A stretch of DNA of 64,000 bases from Azolla caroliniana (taxonomy: Eukaryota; Plantae; Polypodiophyta): assembly GCA_043228905.1 (NCBI GenBank), contig JBHGNT010000009.1, positions 15,314,001 through 15,378,000 on the forward strand, in the 5' to 3' direction. Both the position numbers and the translations under genes were made by a program. Shown here piece after piece: positions 59,690 to 64,000 of this stretch. How positions within the stretch are numbered: position 1 is the stretch's first letter; the number at the start of each line of letters is the position of its first letter. The notes beneath the pieces were generated by a model, which saw only the letters and a list, made by a program, of their open reading frames with translations, was not told the DNA's origin and did no database searches.

Positions 59690-61165
59690 GAGAAGAAGAG
59701 AAAGAAAGAGAGGAAAAATGGAAGAAGTCATGGAAGACATGGAGAGACGGAGAAGCGAGACAAAAAAAGAAGAAGAAAGAGAGAAAAAGAAGAGAAAGAA
59801 GAAAATCGAAGAAGAGAAAGGCATAGAGAGACAGACGCGAGCACGAGAGAGACAGAGATACAAGAGCAAGAAGAAGAAATAAAGAGAAAAACCTAGAATA
59901 AAATTGAAAACAGAGGGAAAAAGAAGAAAAAAAAAGGGGGGGCATGTAACAAATATTGAAACCCTGAGGGTGCTGAATGAAATTGTGAAACCTCGAGGGT
60001 ACATATCAAAATTTTAAAAAACAAGAGGGCACCACTAGAATTTTGAAAATCCCCAAGACTACTCACACACACTCAAAACAAAGGAAGAACACACATACAT
60101 ACGACATGATTTTGGACCCATGACGAAGTTCGTAAGTCGACAGAACGAGAATGTTTATGTCGCGGATGATTTGCTGACCGACAAAGATGTTCGAGTCAAG
60201 CATTCCGATCGAGGGAGTCGATCGTTGAAAGGACTGATGGAAGTTTCGGTCGAAGAAATATCATCATCAAGGCATGTGGGATCGACGGGGGATCGACGTG
60301 CAAGTCACTTTCCCACGGGCGTGCCATATTGTGTTACCCTGTATAAGATGTACGGAGAGTCAATGTGATGAGTGAGGGTCAAATGTTATCATGATGATTG
60401 TTGTGTGTGTGTAGGGGGCATAAATGTAATTGTGAGTCGATACGTATGTGAACACATGCACACGTGTGTGCATGTGGATGGATACGAGGAGGTGTGAGTG
60501 AGTGTCCAGTATGAATGCTCAATGGGGCTTACACCCCTATGTATCTACCCCCTCTTGTACTATTTAACCCCTTATGGGGAATGAATGAAATAGGAATGAA
60601 CCATTTTTCTCTCTCAATCTCTCTCTCTCTTTTCATCTCTCTCTCTCTCTCCCCCTCAACGTTGAATCCCCTTGGGAGGGGGGGTGGAGCCATTCTAGGC
60701 ACCACCCCCCACCCCGTAATGCTTCTCAATCACTTGTCAAAATCTTTATCTCAATCTCTCTCACCATCATACTCTCTCACCATCATACTCTCCACCATCT
60801 TCACTATTCCACCATTTCTATCTTCGTCATCGATAATCATCATTACCATTAACCCTAACCCTAAAACCTATAACACCTTTTGGCGAGCACTAAGACGACC
60901 CCCCTTTGGAGACGAAGTCGAAGACTAGGATGCGGCAAAGACATGGCAACGATGAAATGTGCGAGAAATCAAATGGACGATGTGCGGGAAATGGTGATGT
61001 TGATTAGAAGCCGTCGAGGTCGAGGAATGCAACACAGTGATGTTGTGCGAGAGGACGTCGCAAAAGGATACGCAACAAACGTATGTTTAAGTGTGTGGTT
61101 AACGACAATGTGCGTGTGCAGGAAAGTGTGGTGCGAGAGACAACCAAAAAGACAAGGACGACACT
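59690..61165. other. Foreign AG-rich / LTR-like fragment replacing the N-terminal part of the A3 accessory ORF
   Basis: No homology seen to A1 or A2 here. Has TATTTAA ~60561, CT tracts, and ..TATAACA-CCTTT-TGGCGAGC at ~60875. Confidence 0.45.
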
Positions 61166-61897
61166 AACGGTCAAAGCGGCTGGAATAGCTAGACAACGGC
61201 TGTAAAGCGACCGGAGTAGTTGGACAGCATCCAGAACGGTGGGAATGGCCAAATAGGGACTGGAGCGATGGTGACGACTCGACAACCAACGGCAGGAACA
61301 ATGATGACGCCGAAATAAGATCAGAGAGACACTGGACGAAGATGGAGTCGGCCAAACATAGACCAACCAATGGAAAGCTTGAGGAAAGCAATAGTGACTG
61401 GAGCGGGAGCCGACTGGAATGGCCAGAGATGGGAGTAGCTGGATAACAGCCGAACTGACTACCGGAAAACCGGCCTAAACGGAGCATAAGGAACGGATGG
61501 CCGAGCTTCGGCAGGAAGTTGATCAGGCCGCGACGGCACTTGCCGACGAACGAGCGGAAAATACAAGACCGTTGGACGAGGCGGAGAAGGTCCGGATGGA
61601 GCTCCAAAGGCAGCAGCAGGAAGAAAGGGAGAGAGCGTCAATGGTATTGCAAAAATTACAAAGCACATATCAAGGGCAATTGACGCATTACAAGGAGCAG
61701 GCGGAAGACAACGTCAAAATGATCAAGCAATTGAAGGAGGAACGGCAAGCTGCGGAGATCAAATCGCAGATGGGAACGGGCCGGATTCAGTGCATCCTCC
61801 GGGCATGGCTGAATCAGACAAAACGCTTGATTGAAAAAAGCTCCGTAAGATGGTGGACAAAGTGGGCACAAAATACGGCGGAACTCCAATTATTTTG
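61166..61897 (+). pseudogene. A3 accessory ORF coiled-coil remnant
   Basis: MAELRQEVDQA..WWTKWAQNTAELQL, truncated at the 3' LTR. Confidence 0.8.
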
Positions 61898-62337
61898 TGT
61901 TACCGGCCGGCAAAGGAGTCCAGAGTGTGAAACGAAGGAGTTATTTAATTATTAAGGAATGGTTGTAAGTAAGCTATTAGTGTGGACAGACCGACCGAAA
62001 TCGGTATGCCGTTCCGGATCCGGACCGATTCCAAACAGGTGTGGATGGCACCGTTTTGTACTACAAACTGGAAACCTATTTAAAGGCCTGGATACAATGT
62101 AATGAGAAGCGGATAATTAATGAAGCTTAGTGTTTTTATCTCTTTGTGTTAATTGTCGTTCTGCATTCATTGTTATATCTTACGCGTGTGATTATTAAGG
62201 ACGATCTTGCTAAGTAACCTAATTAAGTCGGATTAATCGTTGAGCCTAATCCTCTTGCCGTAACACCCCTTTGGTGAAGTATCTTCCATAGACACCCTGT
62301 GTTAGGCCATTGTCCAGCCCTAAGAGTTAACAGTTGA

Positions 62338-64000
62338 CACAAACTCTAATTTTGCCGTTTTTCTTTGTTACGACTACTATCGGGCTCAGCCATGTAGATT
62401 TCTTTACTGGGCAGATAAAGCCAACCCTCAGCAACTTGTCGATTTCCTCCTTGACTTTGGCGGCGTAATTTGGATTCATCCAGTATCGTCGTTGTGCTAC
62501 CGGTTTGGCATCTTTGCTCAAATGTATCTGATGCTGATATAGCTGAGGATCGAGCCCTCGCATATCCTCGTAAGAACAGGCAAACACCTCCCGAAATTCT
62601 TTAAGTGTAATCATCGCCGTTTTGTTCTCTGGAGTCATTTCCTTGGCGATGTGCACCGGTCTCGCCTCTTCTGTAGTTCCTAGATTTACCTCCTCTAGTT
62701 GGGATGCTTTAACCCGTTGCGATACGGCCATTTCTCTTTCCAGCGCCTCCTGTGCTTGCCGTAGCTCCCGGATCACTTCTTTATTTGGTTCCTCGTCGGC
62801 TCCGTCCGGTTGCAGTATGTATGGTGATACAGCTTCGGCTATGTCGATTTCGAACAGAGGTACGATCTTCGGATTATCCTGCAAGTATTGATCTACCTCT
62901 TCGTCTGCTAATCCGTCCAGCATATTGACGCATTCGGCATATAGGGGTGTCAATTCCTTCCCGTCCGTGGTTGTGTCGGTACCCGTACTTTCGCTTTTCC
63001 CTGCGGGAAGGTGATTATATTCTTCCTCCAATTTTGTTTAATGTGCGCCGTTTTCAACCACGGCCGCCCCAACAATAGTGGGTAAGCTCCTTGTGCCTGT
63101 AGTTGTAGCACTACCGTCGAAATGCGAAATGTGTGGCCGCCGATCGTTACTTCCAAATCTCGTATCAAGCCGGTCAGTCGCACTGAGCTTGTATCCGCCA
63201 TCCGCAGCCAGAACGGGCATGGTTCCCACTCTTCGATTCCCAAGGTTTTGCACGTTCGGAGGCTAATCACATTGACGCTAGATCCTCCATCTATTATTGT
63301 TCTGGGTAACTCCTTTCCCTTCACGATGGCTGTGATTGCTAGACTGTTTGTGTCTACTACCGCCGGTCCCTCCTCCGGATTTGAGAAGAATGTTGGGGCC
63401 GGTGGTATTTCTCCTGCCGTCATGCCTGTCTTGAGTCCTTCTGTGAATCTGGGCACTAGCTGCAGGAGTCGTCCTAATGGCAGCGTGATGTGGCATTCCT
63501 GCAATGCTTGCCATGTCGCATTTTCGGGCTGACTGCCGCCGGCGAGCTCTTCAGTATTTTCCTTTTGCTGCGCAAGCTCTGCCATGTTTCGCGCATTCTC
63601 CTTTTCTACCCATTCCGTTGCCTGCTTGCGGATGGCCTCTTGCGCCTCCCATTCCGTCGTCTTACCCTTCGATCTTGTGGTTATCTGTTGCAGGTCTGCG
63701 ACTTCGGCGACTACCATGTTCACCGCCGGTCATTTATCATAGCTCTTTGCTGGGCATTGATTACTATAATGTCCTTCTTGTCAGCAATAGTAGCAATATG
63801 CTTTCCGGGTTGTGCTGGATTCGGCGTTGTATCCTGCCCCCGGTGGAGGACCTGTGGTAACGGCGGGGCTTTGATCCGGTTGGCTGCTTGAGGCGCCCTT
63901 CTCCAGTTCCCGTAGCTAACCCCTTTTCTTGAAATGGCGTTTCTTTTTGTTCCGATACTCTTGACGGGGCTGGTCATCATGTTTGCCATAGGCTTCCCGT
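62338..64000 (-). pseudogene. A2 gag end (CCHC), protease and RT start
   Basis: CYYC.QEGHYSNQC at ~63800; IIDGGSSVNVIS; WLSPIVVVTKKNGKIRVCVN. Confidence 0.93.

Larger units (their letters stand above)
54329..62332 (+). mobile_element. Gypsy-A element A3 (gag deleted) inserted antisense into A2 RT
   Basis: 435-bp LTRs 54329-54763 and 61898-62332. TSD GTTGA at 54324-54328 and 62333-62337. Confidence 0.95.
30846..64000 (-). mobile_element. Gypsy-A element A2 (5' end beyond the window), host to X, Y, W and A3
   Basis: 3' LTR 30846-31278. pol runs 63723-62338 and 54323-51800, continuous at KIRVCVN|YRKLNAA. The accessory ORF is continuous across W (KEHA|IRKQ) and X/Y (EADT|VKIIK). Confidence 0.92.

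Noticed and set aside
59596-60004. K/R-rich and F/L-rich ORFs
   Set aside because: Low-complexity AG tract read on both strands.
1-64000. Host genes or prokaryotic systems among the many short ORFs
   Set aside because: All long ORFs map to retroelement domains or their alternate or antisense frames.

Overview
The whole 64-kb window is eukaryotic (plant) heterochromatin-like DNA: nested LTR retrotransposons plus one LINE fragment. I found no host gene. The PBS sequences match plant tRNA-iMet and tRNA-Trp; a non-seed plant such as a bryophyte or fern is a guess only. Target-site duplications (TSDs) and interrupted reading frames give the nesting order. (1) A minus-strand Copia fragment (7119-8182) was hit by the non-autonomous Gypsy-B relative V (..1-7118), whose PPT was hit by complete Copia E (750-6309). 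(2) Athila/Tat-like Gypsy A1 (8303-30845..) contains Copia C (14047-28463), which contains a LINE, Copia D (16174-21867) and a truncated Gypsy-B element U. (3) A1 is cut at 30845 by minus-strand A2 (30846->64000). A2 contains Gypsy-B X (32115-39236) and Y (39241-45684) stacked at one site, the young Gag-only element W (47140-50609), and A3 (54329-62332), which holds a Copia-D solo LTR. Best leads: the tRNA-Trp-primed Gypsy-B family makes 4-bp TSDs centred on CG and has a GGAUUUU-UAG plus pseudoknot -1 frameshift between protease and RT. W carries an antisense tRNA-like Pol III cassette in its LTRs and one intact Gag-fusion ORF. Gypsy-A carries a large PMD-like/coiled-coil accessory ORF and shows no canonical PBS or PPT. 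Family names are my own labels, coordinates were read by eye, and no database search was run.
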